From IMG/VR virus record IMGVR_UViG_3300032246_001438, positions 14,710 to 78,709 of that record: a stretch of 64,000 nucleotides of DNA. The stretch is one strand, 5' to 3'. Shown here piece after piece: positions 48,386 through 57,462 of the stretch; the first letter of the stretch is position 1; the number at the start of each line of letters is the position of its first letter. This DNA comes from a virus. The notes under the pieces were generated by a model. That model was given only the letters and a program-made list of their open reading frames with translations. It was not told the origin of the DNA and ran no database searches. The position numbers and the translations under genes are program-made.

Positions 48386-48921
48386 TTATTGGACTAACTG
48401 GATACGCACAGTCGGGTAAAGATACTGTAGCTAATATCCTTGTAGAGAATTACGGTTACCAACGAGTCGCTTTTGCTGACCCCATACGTGACCTGTTATA
48501 TGAAACTAATCCGATGCTCAAAGAAGGTTATAGAGTTCAAGGGTTGGTAGATGTATACGGGTGGGACAGAGTTAAGGTTGACTACCCCGAGGCTCGTGAC
48601 CTTCTTCAAAGGCTCGGAGTTGGTGCCCGTAAAACTTTTGGTGACATGTTTTGGGTAAAGCATGCGTTAAGTGGTCTTCAGTTATTTGGAGAGGTTAACT
48701 ATGTTATTACTGATGTTAGGTATCCAAATGAAGCTAAGGCTATTAGAGATTACGACAACGCACAGATTTGGCGTATAAAACGTTCAGGCGTTTTAGCGGT
48801 AAATGCTCACAACTCAGAGTCCGCGATGGACGGGGAAAAAGTTGACCAAATATTTATGAACAACGGTACCCTTGATGACCTTAAAGTTCTTATACAAACT
48901 AGGATGCGAGCTTATATCTAA
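48382..48921 (+). CDS. Deoxynucleoside monophosphate kinase
   Basis: IIGLTGYAQSGKDT, AFADPIR, LLQRLG, VITDVRYPNE, HNSE. Confidence 0.9.
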   Translation: MIIGLTGYAQSGKDTVANILVENYGYQRVAFADPIRDLLYETNPMLKEGYRVQGLVDVYGWDRVKVDYPEARDLLQRLGVGARKTFGDMFWVKHALSGLQLFGEVNYVITDVRYPNEAKAIRDYDNAQIWRIKRSGVLAVNAHNSESAMDGEKVDQIFMNNGTLDDLKVLIQTRMRAYI

Positions 48922-49154
48922 TGCAATATTGGTCTTGGATACTAGCCGTTATAGGTGTGTCAGGTATTTACTTTGTAGGTCGTAAGACTATATGGGGTTG
49001 GCTAGTCCTTCTGTTTAACGAGTGCCTATGGATTACATATGCCCTTATGACTGACCAGTACGGGTTTATATTCTCCGCTCTTGCCTACGCTCTTGTTTAT
49101 ATTAGGTCTTACATCCACTGGTCTAAAGACAGAGTTAACGAGATTCCTCTGTGA
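48921..49154 (+). CDS. PnuC-like small membrane protein
   Basis: WSWIL..IGVSG....GRK..WGWL...NECLWITYA...QYGFI: three TM helices. Confidence 0.55.
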   Translation: MQYWSWILAVIGVSGIYFVGRKTIWGWLVLLFNECLWITYALMTDQYGFIFSALAYALVYIRSYIHWSKDRVNEIPL

Positions 49155-50743
49155 CATTTACTGGCACCCTACTTCCTTATCAGCCTGAGGCTGTAGACCG
49201 TATGTGTGAGCAAGGCAAGATGTTGGTTGCCTATGACTTGGGGTTAGGTAAAACAGTTCTTACTATTGCTGCCATAGAACGTTTGATGGATGAGACCAAA
49301 ATTAAAGAGCCAGGGATTATAATCTGTCTATCCTCATTGAAATATCAGTGGGCTAATCAGATAGAGAAATTTACTAATGGAACTTCACGCACTTTGGTTG
49401 TTGATGGAACGCCGAAGAAAAGGGCAGAGCAATATGAACTTGCCTATGACTGGAGGAATTCAGGGGTTGATTACATCATCCTTAACTATGAGCAAGTTGT
49501 TAACGATTGGTCTCACGTACGAGAGCTCCCCCGAGGATTTGTTGTCCTTGACGAAGCCACAGCCATCAAGTCATTTAAATCCAAGCGTTCCAAAGCAGTA
49601 AAGAAGCTTGTCAGTGCGCCCTATCGTTTTGCCCTTACAGGAACTCCTATTGAAAACGGTAAACCTGAAGAGCTTTATAGCATTATGCAATTTGTTGACG
49701 CCAACGTACTTGGTAGGTTTGACATCTTTGATGCTGCTTTTATTGTAAGAAACTCTTGGGGCGCTCCTCAGTATTACAGAAACTTACCAACACTCCACAC
49801 TAAGTTAAAGGAAGCCTGCGTACGTAAGGCTCAGAAAGACCCAGACGTAGCGCCGTACTTACCCGATTCAATCCACAAAGACCCTGTCAAGATAATTCTT
49901 GATAGAAAATCTTCAGCTTTATATGAACGTATAACTAAAGATTTGTTATTTGATTTAGACGAAGCTCAGTCTATGTTTGGTTCTAACTTCAATGTTATGG
50001 CTCACTACGGTGTTGAGTCTAGCCGTCGCGGCGGTCCTGAGGATGAAATGCGTGGAAAAATTATGTCTAAGATTGGGTGTTTAAAAATGCTATGTTCACA
50101 CCCAGACCTTCTTAAGACAAGCGCAGAGAAGTTTCATTTAATGAACGGCGAGGGTTCAGCTTACGCTGCTGACTTAGTTCTTAATGGTTACCTAGATGGA
50201 GTAACTACCTCTACCAAATTAGACTATCTTATTAATTATGTAAAAGAATTTTTAGAACAAAATAAAGATAACAAAGTCGTGATTTTTGCAACCTATGTTG
50301 GTATGCTAGATAAAATTGCTGAAGCTTTAGGGCCTGAACAATGTCGTTTATACTCAGGCAAGCTAGACTCCAAGACTAAAGAGGAGAATAAAATTGCTTT
50401 TAATGAACGTCCTGATGTTCGTGTTTTGGTGTCTAGCGATGCTGGTGGGTATGGGGTCGATTTACCTGCAGCTAACCTCTTGGTCAACTATGACCTCCCG
50501 TGGTCTTCAGGAGCAGCAATCCAAAGAAACGGAAGAATTAAAAGAGCCTCATCAACCTGGCCCTCAATTGTAATTCAAGACATCATAGTCGGGGGTTCTA
50601 TTGAAGAACGTCAGTATGAAGCTCTACAACATAAGAGCGCTGTAGCTAATGCCGTAATTGATGGTGAAGGTATAGATGATAAGGGCGGCGTCCCAATGAG
50701 CGTAGAAGGATTAAAACAGTTTCTGATATCATCCTCTGTGTAG
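49151..50743 (+). CDS. SNF2-family helicase
   Basis: LLPYQ, DLGLGKT, VLDEA, ALTGTPIEN, GGYGVDL, DLPWS..QRNGR. Confidence 0.92.
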   Translation: MTFTGTLLPYQPEAVDRMCEQGKMLVAYDLGLGKTVLTIAAIERLMDETKIKEPGIIICLSSLKYQWANQIEKFTNGTSRTLVVDGTPKKRAEQYELAYDWRNSGVDYIILNYEQVVNDWSHVRELPRGFVVLDEATAIKSFKSKRSKAVKKLVSAPYRFALTGTPIENGKPEELYSIMQFVDANVLGRFDIFDAAFIVRNSWGAPQYYRNLPTLHTKLKEACVRKAQKDPDVAPYLPDSIHKDPVKIILDRKSSALYERITKDLLFDLDEAQSMFGSNFNVMAHYGVESSRRGGPEDEMRGKIMSKIGCLKMLCSHPDLLKTSAEKFHLMNGEGSAYAADLVLNGYLDGVTTSTKLDYLINYVKEFLEQNKDNKVVIFATYVGMLDKIAEALGPEQCRLYSGKLDSKTKEENKIAFNERPDVRVLVSSDAGGYGVDLPAANLLVNYDLPWSSGAAIQRNGRIKRASSTWPSIVIQDIIVGGSIEERQYEALQHKSAVANAVIDGEGIDDKGGVPMSVEGLKQFLISSSV

Positions 50744-50746
50744 TAA

Positions 50747-50819
50747 TGCCCTATAGCTCAGCTGGCAGAGCGAGCGACTGTTAATCGCTAGGTCCCTGGT
50801 TCGAGCCCAGGTGGGGCAG
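50747..50819 (+). tRNA. trnN: tRNA-Asn(GTT), no encoded CCA
   Basis: Acceptor TGCCCTA/TGGGGCA; anticodon arm AGCGA-CTGTTAA-TCGCT; T-loop GGTTCGAG. Confidence 0.93.
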
Positions 50820-50823
50820 CAAT

Positions 50824-50899
50824 GCGGTTGTAGCTCAGTTGGTAGAGCGGCACCTTGCCAAGGTGCAGGTCGCGAGTTCGAGCCTCGTCAACCGCTCCA
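50824..50899 (+). tRNA. trnG: tRNA-Gly(GCC) with CCA
   Basis: Acceptor GCGGTTG/CAACCGC; anticodon arm GCACC-TTGCCAA-GGTGC; ends TCCA. Confidence 0.95.
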
Positions 50900-50900
50900 T

Positions 50901-50972
50901 TCTCCCTTCGTCTAATTGGCAAGACTGCGGATTCTGGTTCCGCCTATCGAGGTTCGAGTCCTTGGGGGAGAG
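50901..50972 (+). tRNA. trnQ: tRNA-Gln(CTG), no encoded CCA
   Basis: Acceptor TCTCCCT/GGGGAGA; anticodon arm GCGGA-TTCTGGT-TCCGC; T arm CGAGG-TTCGAGT-CCTTG. Confidence 0.9.
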
Positions 50973-50979
50973 CTTTACA

Positions 50980-50998
50980 CCCAACGATTATCGTTGGG
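50980..50998. promoter_or_regulatory. Perfect 9-1-9 inverted repeat (candidate operator)
   Basis: CCCAACGAT-T-ATCGTTGGG just upstream of the TACAAT -10 of the RHH gene. Confidence 0.5.
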
Positions 50999-51014
50999 CA
51001 GGTACAATTATTCA

Positions 51015-51161
51015 ATGCCTAACGCACCTAAAACCCCAACGCGTACCATCCGCGTACCAGATGACCTGTGGAAAGCTGTCCAAAAGAAAGCTGCAGCTGA
51101 GAAGGTCACGGTTACCAGTATTATTATTGAAGCCCTTGAACTCTATATTAAAGAGGCGTAA
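51015..51161 (+). CDS. Ribbon-helix-helix DNA-binding protein (leaderless)
   Basis: MPNAPKTPTRTIRVPDDLWKAVQKKAAAEKVTVTSIIIEALELYI; TACAAT 6 nt before ATG. Confidence 0.85.
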   Translation: MPNAPKTPTRTIRVPDDLWKAVQKKAAAEKVTVTSIIIEALELYIKEA

Positions 51162-51164
51162 CAA

Positions 51165-51308
51165 ATGGGGAAACACCACGATAAGATTGCTAAAGCCCTA
51201 GCTCAACGTCAAGCTTCAACTCCAGCTGGCGGAGGCTACAAAAAACCTGGCAGCATGAATAAGAAAAAGACTGGCTACCGAGGCATCAAAGCAAATAACG
51301 CAAAGTAA
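51165..51308 (+). CDS. Small basic protein (47 aa)
   Basis: MGKHHDKIAKALAQRQASTPAGGGYKKPGSMNKKKTGYRGIKANNAK; GAGG RBS. Confidence 0.6.
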   Translation: MGKHHDKIAKALAQRQASTPAGGGYKKPGSMNKKKTGYRGIKANNAK

Positions 51309-51309
51309 C

Positions 51310-51338
51310 TTGACACGCCCTTGAATGGGTATTAAGTT
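51310..51338 (+). promoter_or_regulatory. Canonical sigmaA promoter
   Basis: TTGACA-N17-TAAGTT. Confidence 0.7.
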
Positions 51339-51367
51339 TTCCCCAACACTACTGATTGGGGATAGCA

Positions 51368-51769
51368 ATGGATTTACAATCCGTTAAGAATGAAGTACGT
51401 CAATACCTAAGTTTAAAAGACCAAGCTGATTTACTAAGCAAACGTCAAACAGAAATCAAAACACGTTTAACAGCATCTATTGATGAGCATGGCTCAGAAG
51501 ATGACCGTGGTCATATTGTTTTAAATATTCCTGATGAAGAGAATGAAATCTCTATCATGAAACAAAAGCGCGTATCAAAAAATCTAGATATTGCTGCTGC
51601 AGAAATCATCCTAACTAAAAAAGGTATTAAAGATACCTGTATTAAAATGACCCCTACACTTGATGAATCTGCAATCATGGCTGCTTTTTATAATGGTCAC
51701 TTGACCGAAGAAGATATAGATACTATGTTTCCCTCTAAAGTAACGTACGCATTTATCGTAGGAAAATAA
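51368..51769 (+). CDS. Hypothetical protein (coiled-coil N-terminus)
   Basis: GGGGA RBS; first gene of the recombination/replication operon. Confidence 0.7.
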   Translation: MDLQSVKNEVRQYLSLKDQADLLSKRQTEIKTRLTASIDEHGSEDDRGHIVLNIPDEENEISIMKQKRVSKNLDIAAAEIILTKKGIKDTCIKMTPTLDESAIMAAFYNGHLTEEDIDTMFPSKVTYAFIVGK

Positions 51770-52240
51770 GTGCCTGACGAGATAGACAATATATTTGCTG
51801 GACTGGATAAATTTTATCCAGGCAGTAAAAGAAAACGCCGTGACCTAAAGAAAGTAGACGTGCCTACTGACCTTGGGTGGGATGCTAAACCGTTAATTAA
51901 AAAAATGCCTAACGGTAAAGACATGGAGTTCTTTACTAATGTGGCATTAGCTAACGCTTTAGGACGCCCTTTATCTACGGTTAAGAAGTGGCTATACAAT
52001 GGCTACCTGCCAGTGTCGCCATACCGCAGTCCTGATATCCAAACAAAGGACGGAAAAGTAATCCGTGGGCAGAGGTTATACTCTCGCCCACAGGTTAATG
52101 TGGTAGTTGAACTATTTGGAAAGGCTGGACTTCTAGATAAAACTAGGTTAAAATGGCCTAACCAGAAATTGACTAACGCAATTGCTGAGGCTTGGATTGA
52201 ACTCCGAGCACAAGAAACTAAAACAACAGAACCTAACTAG
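51770..52240 (+). CDS. MerR-like HTH DNA-binding protein
   Basis: FFTNVALANALGRPLSTVKKWLYNGYLP...RLYSRPQV. Confidence 0.75.
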   Translation: MPDEIDNIFAGLDKFYPGSKRKRRDLKKVDVPTDLGWDAKPLIKKMPNGKDMEFFTNVALANALGRPLSTVKKWLYNGYLPVSPYRSPDIQTKDGKVIRGQRLYSRPQVNVVVELFGKAGLLDKTRLKWPNQKLTNAIAEAWIELRAQETKTTEPN

Positions 52241-52252
52241 CAAAGGAAAAAA

Positions 52253-52906
52253 ATGTCAGTAAACCGTACTGAAGAATATATGCCTGAGACTGATGAATTC
52301 TCAGTAGACGCTCGTCCAGAGCAAGCAACATCCACCGCAGTAGCATCTGGCTGGGAAGCAGCAGAACAGCTATCTGTATCAGTAACTAACTATCCAACAG
52401 AGTTTAAGTTTGTTGATGGTGAATTTACTATTGTTAAGTTCATTGACCAGAATGGTCCATTTGCAATCTACAAGCAACACTTCCTACAGCAGAAGACTGT
52501 CGGCAAGCGCTCCTATGTTTCATTAGGTGCCAACGACCCTCTAGCAACAAAGCTTGGAAGCAAGCCTGAAGACAAGCGTGCTTTTACAATTGCAATTGTA
52601 ACTCCAGCAGGAGTTGAACGAAAGATGCTTATTGCATCACCACGTTTATATAAAACTTTGCATGCTGCAGAGTTCTCACCACAAGGTCCACTTACAAAAA
52701 ACTTTTGGGCCATTAGCCGTACAGGCAAACAACAGCAAACTGTTTATCACCTCAATGCCGTAAAGTCTCGTGACCTTATGGAAGACTGGGGCATCTCACC
52801 TGAGATGGCAGAGAAAGAAGTTGCACTTATTGAGCCGTTCGAACGTTCCGTTATTAAGGAACACACATGGGCAGAGCTTGATGAAATTGCTGACTCACTC
52901 CTCTAG
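52253..52906 (+). CDS. Probable single-stranded DNA-binding protein (gp32-like)
   Basis: IVKFID..PFAIYKQHF motif, acidic termini, directly upstream of polA. Confidence 0.55.
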   Translation: MSVNRTEEYMPETDEFSVDARPEQATSTAVASGWEAAEQLSVSVTNYPTEFKFVDGEFTIVKFIDQNGPFAIYKQHFLQQKTVGKRSYVSLGANDPLATKLGSKPEDKRAFTIAIVTPAGVERKMLIASPRLYKTLHAAEFSPQGPLTKNFWAISRTGKQQQTVYHLNAVKSRDLMEDWGISPEMAEKEVALIEPFERSVIKEHTWAELDEIADSLL

Positions 52907-52925
52907 CCACAATTAGAACGCCAAC

Positions 52926-52976
52926 GGGCTGAGCAGACTATCCCCTGCTCAGCCCTGAGGCCCTATTCCAGGGATA
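52926..52976 (+). promoter_or_regulatory. Hairpin or pseudoknot in the polA leader
   Basis: 11-bp stem GGGCTGAGCAG/CTGCTCAGCCC; loop ACTATCCC is complementary to GGGATA in the polA RBS. Confidence 0.5.
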
Positions 52977-52981
52977 AAAAT

Positions 52982-54955
52982 TTGAACATTATTACGACTA
53001 AAAAACAATTAGACGAGATGGTTGCTTACTATCTCCAACAAGATTCTTTTGCTTTTGACTGTGAAACTGTAGGACCACGTCGCGGTGTAACAGTTGTTAA
53101 TGAAGTTATGTGGCTTAGCTTTGCCACCCACGGGCGTGGGGATGTTATCCCAATGGGACATCCACATGGGGAGTTTGAGTCTGAGTCATTTCCATTAACT
53201 GGTCAAGGAGAGAAGAGAGTTGCTGCTGGTTTAGACGCCAGACCAAGTGACTACTCTAGAGACGCAAAGAAATCTACTAAAGTATTTGGTCCAGCTCCCT
53301 CTCAACTATTTCCTGGGGAGGTCTTTAAAGCTTTAGAACCTTTGTTTTTTAACGATGAGATATTGATTATTGGTCACAACTTAGTTTTTGACCTTACATC
53401 GGTTGCTAAATATTTAGGCGGGCGCATACCTTCTGGCCCATACTTTGACACTATGGTTGGTTCATTTATCTATGACAACCGCAATAAAAACAAGTGTGGT
53501 TTAGATGACTGTTTACAACGGGAACTTGGATTTGAAATGACTAAGGGTGTTGGTGCTCAGGTAGAGATTTACCCATTTAGTGAGGTAGCTAAATACGCAT
53601 ACCTAGACGCTAAATACACATTTCTTTTATACAAGGCCGTGCTTCCAAAGATTGAAGCAGCAGAGCTTACAAAGATTATGAAGTTAGAGATGGATGTACT
53701 TAAAGTTCTTTGTCATATGAAGCTTGCTGGTGCACCAATTGACATGTCTGCTTTAGAACAACTTCATGAACAATTAGAGAAAGATATTGAAGCTGCTCGC
53801 TCAGAGATTTATAAGGTTGCTGGAAGAGTTTTTAATATAAATTCAAATCAAGAGAAGCAATACCTTTTGTATTCAAAAAAGTCAGAGGGAGGTCGCGGTT
53901 TAAAACCTAAGATTCTTACTGGCAAAGGTATCAAGAAAGATATGGAAGGCAAAGAGCTTGAGTACATGGACTACTCTGTATCCGCGGAAGCACTAGAGCC
54001 ACACAGAGATAAAGACCCATTAGTTAAAGCGTTACTAGAATATTCAGATTTAAATAAGTTGCTTACTACTTACGTTATTCCTTACCTAGGTGGGGATGTA
54101 ACTAGAACTGTTGGTGGAAAGTCTAAAACAGAATACAAAGATAGCCTTCTTGTCAACGGTCGTATTCATGCAGACTTTATTCAACATGGTGCAGAGACTG
54201 GCAGATTCTCTAGCCGTAATCCAAACTTACAGAACGTTCCTAATCCAGCTACCGCACACGGTAAAGCTATTCGTAACTTATTCTACGCACCTGAGGGTTT
54301 TAAATTAGTTGTTGCTGACTACTCACAGATTGAACCTCGCATCATTGCGTCTATGTCTAAAGACCCTATTATGATGAGAAACTACATGGATGGTGGGGAC
54401 ATCTACACCACTGTAGGAGACACCATGGGTGTTAATCGTCAGGCTGGTAAAGTGCTTGTATTGGCTATGGCTTACGGGGTTGGTCCCGATAAGATTGCCC
54501 GTTCTATAGGGTGTTCAGTTACAGAGGCTAAGACCTTACTCACAGACTTTGCAGCAAAGTTTCCATCGGTAAACATCTATCGAATGAAGGTGGTTGCTCA
54601 GACTAAGGCTAAGAGATATGTCACCACCCTTATGGGTAGAAAACGTTACCTACCAGAGATTGCATCTAGAGACTTCGGTGTTAGGGCTGGTGCTGAGCGT
54701 CAGGCTTTCAACACGCGTATCCAAGGGTCAGCAGCAGACATCATGAAACTTGCTATGATTAGGGCTCATGAGTTGGTACCACCAGAAGCCAAGATTCTTC
54801 TAACAGTTCATGACGAACTTGTAACCCTTACCCCAGACTCTTTAGCAGAGAAGACGGCGGAAAGTATTCGTGAAGCGATGGAAGGCATAAAGGTCTTAGA
54901 CATACCTTTAATTGCTGACGTAAAAACCGTACAGAGATGGGGAGAAGCTAAGTGA
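52982..54955 (+). CDS. polA: DNA polymerase I family A (3'-5' exonuclease + polymerase; no 5' nuclease)
   Basis: FAFDCET, GHNLVFD, YAYLDA exonuclease motifs; TGRFSSRNPNLQN, ADYSQIEPR, IQGSAADIMK, VHDEL. Confidence 0.95.
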   Translation: MNIITTKKQLDEMVAYYLQQDSFAFDCETVGPRRGVTVVNEVMWLSFATHGRGDVIPMGHPHGEFESESFPLTGQGEKRVAAGLDARPSDYSRDAKKSTKVFGPAPSQLFPGEVFKALEPLFFNDEILIIGHNLVFDLTSVAKYLGGRIPSGPYFDTMVGSFIYDNRNKNKCGLDDCLQRELGFEMTKGVGAQVEIYPFSEVAKYAYLDAKYTFLLYKAVLPKIEAAELTKIMKLEMDVLKVLCHMKLAGAPIDMSALEQLHEQLEKDIEAARSEIYKVAGRVFNINSNQEKQYLLYSKKSEGGRGLKPKILTGKGIKKDMEGKELEYMDYSVSAEALEPHRDKDPLVKALLEYSDLNKLLTTYVIPYLGGDVTRTVGGKSKTEYKDSLLVNGRIHADFIQHGAETGRFSSRNPNLQNVPNPATAHGKAIRNLFYAPEGFKLVVADYSQIEPRIIASMSKDPIMMRNYMDGGDIYTTVGDTMGVNRQAGKVLVLAMAYGVGPDKIARSIGCSVTEAKTLLTDFAAKFPSVNIYRMKVVAQTKAKRYVTTLMGRKRYLPEIASRDFGVRAGAERQAFNTRIQGSAADIMKLAMIRAHELVPPEAKILLTVHDELVTLTPDSLAEKTAESIREAMEGIKVLDIPLIADVKTVQRWGEAK

Positions 54956-55425
54956 AATGGTTTAAAAGAAAAAAGAATGCCCCCACTGAGATTGAGTTTT
55001 TAAGAAAAGAACTTCCGTTAAGCACACTGCTTCGTTGGTATATCTATGACTCTGGATTAGGTGAGCCAAATGATTTAGCAACTCTACTTGGTTTGAACCC
55101 CGTATCTGATGAAGGCGAAGAGATGGAAAATGCTGATAGTGATATGCGTATGAAACGCATTGAGTTTATAATGCCTTTCCTTCACACAATTGCGGAGATG
55201 GGTGCAGACGTTATTGTTTCATTACAGGTTGATGAGATTAGAAAAGAAAACCCTGATAATACAGAAGAGGTAGATAAAGAAGAGAACTTGATGAGATTAA
55301 TGTACAAGATGGTAGGAATGTCTGCTTTGGTTGGTGCATTTTCATCAGCAATGGAGATAGGATTGATAGCGCCAGGAGAATTACTTGACGCTGACTTAGT
55401 AGAAATGGAGCATGATGATGAGTAG
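54952..55425 (+). CDS. Hypothetical protein
   Basis: Operon ORF with GTG start overlapping the polA stop. Confidence 0.65.
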   Translation: MKWFKRKKNAPTEIEFLRKELPLSTLLRWYIYDSGLGEPNDLATLLGLNPVSDEGEEMENADSDMRMKRIEFIMPFLHTIAEMGADVIVSLQVDEIRKENPDNTEEVDKEENLMRLMYKMVGMSALVGAFSSAMEIGLIAPGELLDADLVEMEHDDE

Positions 55426-55771
55426 CAACTGGTGGTCAAATAAATTGGGGACAACTCCTCAACCGCAGCAGCCAAACATGCCGCAACAGCAGCCTGTTTA
55501 TCAGCAGCCGACGCAACAACCACAGTCTTACCCAACTTCACAACAGACTGTTCCAATGACACCGCGTTGTCCAGGCTGTAATAGTGGTAACTATGGCGGT
55601 ACAGCTGAGTCACGTCCACGATGTTATGACTGTGGATACCCTATTCAACAATCAGGTTCTGGTGCAGGCACTGGAATTGTTGGTCAAGGTGGGGGCGGTG
55701 GGCCAGCAACCCCAGCTACACAAGTACCAACTGGTGGGTTTAATCCAACAACAATCATAGGACACATTTAA
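55412..55771 (+). CDS. Gln/Pro-rich zinc-ribbon protein
   Basis: CPGCNSGNY...RCYDCGYP. Confidence 0.7.
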   Translation: MMMSSNWWSNKLGTTPQPQQPNMPQQQPVYQQPTQQPQSYPTSQQTVPMTPRCPGCNSGNYGGTAESRPRCYDCGYPIQQSGSGAGTGIVGQGGGGGPATPATQVPTGGFNPTTIIGHI

Positions 55772-56823
55772 TGAATGCTGAATTAACTAAAATATTAACA
55801 AAGATTAATAAAAAGTACGGTGAAGATACCGTAGTCCTTGGTTCAGATATTAGAGATGATGTTTTGAGTCGTCTTACCACTGGCTCTATTAGTTTAGATG
55901 TTGCCCTTGGTGGTGGATGGCCTGTTAATCAATGGCATGAAATTATTGGTGAAGCAAGCAATGGCAAGACTGCAATTGCACTTAAGACTATTGCTGCAAA
56001 CCAAAAGCGTGACCCAGAGTTTACAACGGTATGGATTGCTGCAGAGCAATGGGTACCTGCTTACGCTGAGTTGTGCGGGGTAGATACAAAAAGAGTTTAC
56101 GTAGTTTCTACAAACATTATGGAGGAAGCATATGAAGCGGTTATTGAAATCGTGGAAAGCAAAGCTGTGGATTGCGTCGTTATTGATAGCCTTCCTGCCT
56201 TGGTTCCTAGCTCAGAAGATGAGAAACAAATGGAAGAATCAACCGTAGGTCGGGGCGCCCTTCTTACTAACAAGTTTTTTCGCAAGGTAGGCATGGCATC
56301 TAAGCGTAGCCTTATTGAGTATGAGCGCCCGTTTATTGGGATTCTAATCAATCAATGGCGTTCAAAGATTGGGGTTATGTATGGAGACCCACGCACTACC
56401 CCAGGTGGTTTAGGTAAAGACTATGCGTTCTTTACTCGTATGGAAGTACGACGCGATGAATGGATTGAGTCTGGAACTGGTCAGGAAAAACGTCGCATCG
56501 GTCAGACAATTAAAGCACGTGTTATTAAAAATAAATCAGCCCCACCATCCCAGGTTGCTGTTTTTGATTTTTACTTCTCAGAAGGTGGCGAAGTTGCTGC
56601 TGGAGAGATTGATTTTGGCAAGGAAATACTAGCTATTGGTATTCTAAATAAGGTTATTATCAGGGCTGGGGCTTACTACCGCTATGGTGGTAGGCAGTGG
56701 CAGGGTTCTGATGCTATGCTTAGCTCCATACGCGAGGAGATTGACCTTAAAGAGACTTTAGAACGAGATGTTCTAGATTCAATTAAGGCGGGTTCAAAGT
56801 TCGTTGCTGACGATGAAATCTAA
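55771..56823 (+). CDS. recA: RecA recombinase
   Basis: TGSISLDVALGGG, EIIGEASNGKT, VVIDSLPAL, INQWRSKIGVMYGDPRTTPGG, KNKSAPP. Confidence 0.95.
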   Translation: MNAELTKILTKINKKYGEDTVVLGSDIRDDVLSRLTTGSISLDVALGGGWPVNQWHEIIGEASNGKTAIALKTIAANQKRDPEFTTVWIAAEQWVPAYAELCGVDTKRVYVVSTNIMEEAYEAVIEIVESKAVDCVVIDSLPALVPSSEDEKQMEESTVGRGALLTNKFFRKVGMASKRSLIEYERPFIGILINQWRSKIGVMYGDPRTTPGGLGKDYAFFTRMEVRRDEWIESGTGQEKRRIGQTIKARVIKNKSAPPSQVAVFDFYFSEGGEVAAGEIDFGKEILAIGILNKVIIRAGAYYRYGGRQWQGSDAMLSSIREEIDLKETLERDVLDSIKAGSKFVADDEI

Positions 56824-57157
56824 AGGACAACGAGAATCTAAGAAGCATGAGGACCGATTAGCAAAAGCAATTGGCGGACAGCGTTCAGCTGGAAGCGGTG
56901 CGTTTTGGAGTCGGAAAGGCGATGTCCGTTCACAAGATTTGCTCGTAGAGCATAAGTGGACAGGCAAAGCTTCCGTATCCGTTAAGGCTGCGGTTCTAGA
57001 AAAGATTGTCAGAGAAGCAATTTTTGACAGTCGGATGCCTGTCCTCGGTTTTAGTCTCAACAATGAGAACTACGTATTACTAACTGAAGATGACTTTCTG
57101 GAATTGCGCCAGAATATTCAGGAGTGTACTTGTTCCCAGAAGACGTCGGACACCTAG
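56813..57157 (+). CDS. PD-(D/E)XK Holliday-junction resolvase-like nuclease
   Basis: HEDRLAK..GG...AGSGA...KGDV....LVEHK. Confidence 0.8.
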   Translation: MKSKGQRESKKHEDRLAKAIGGQRSAGSGAFWSRKGDVRSQDLLVEHKWTGKASVSVKAAVLEKIVREAIFDSRMPVLGFSLNNENYVLLTEDDFLELRQNIQECTCSQKTSDT

Positions 57158-57450
57158 AGGGTTGGCGACATAAAGCAAAGTGCCGTGGCATGGACACAGA
57201 AATGTTTTTTCCTCCACGAGATAAAGCAAAGTATAAAAAGATAGCCGACGTTTCCAAAGCTGTGTGCTTTGGTAAAGACGGTCTGCCAGAATGTCCTGTG
57301 CGTAAAGAGTGTTTATTGTATGCCAATGCTATGGATGAGCAACATGGAATTTGGGGTGGCATGAGTCACCGAGAAAGAAATGCATTAAAAAGAAAAGCAA
57401 CTAAAGCTGGTAAATCATTTGGAGAATGGGTAACTACCAAGAAAGTGTGA
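57124..57450 (+). CDS. whiB: WhiB-family transcription factor
   Basis: WRHKAKCRGMDTEMFFP...VC-x8-CPVRKECL.YA...EQHGIWGGMSHRER. Confidence 0.92.
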   Translation: MYLFPEDVGHLEGWRHKAKCRGMDTEMFFPPRDKAKYKKIADVSKAVCFGKDGLPECPVRKECLLYANAMDEQHGIWGGMSHRERNALKRKATKAGKSFGEWVTTKKV

Positions 57451-57462
57451 TAGGTTCTCTTT

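Noticed and set aside
50747-50972. Prophage attachment site or host-phage junction at the tRNAs
   Set aside because: Phage genes continue on both sides; no integrase or duplicated tRNA 3' end seen
50839-51201. ORFs 50839..51201 and the long form 50916..51161
   Set aside because: They overlap tRNA-Gly and tRNA-Gln; the real RHH gene starts at 51015
52982-56823. Inteins or introns in polA, recA (also terL, dnaB)
   Set aside because: Protein lengths are normal, frames are uninterrupted and no C/S...HN splice motifs or LAGLIDADG/HNH domains were seen
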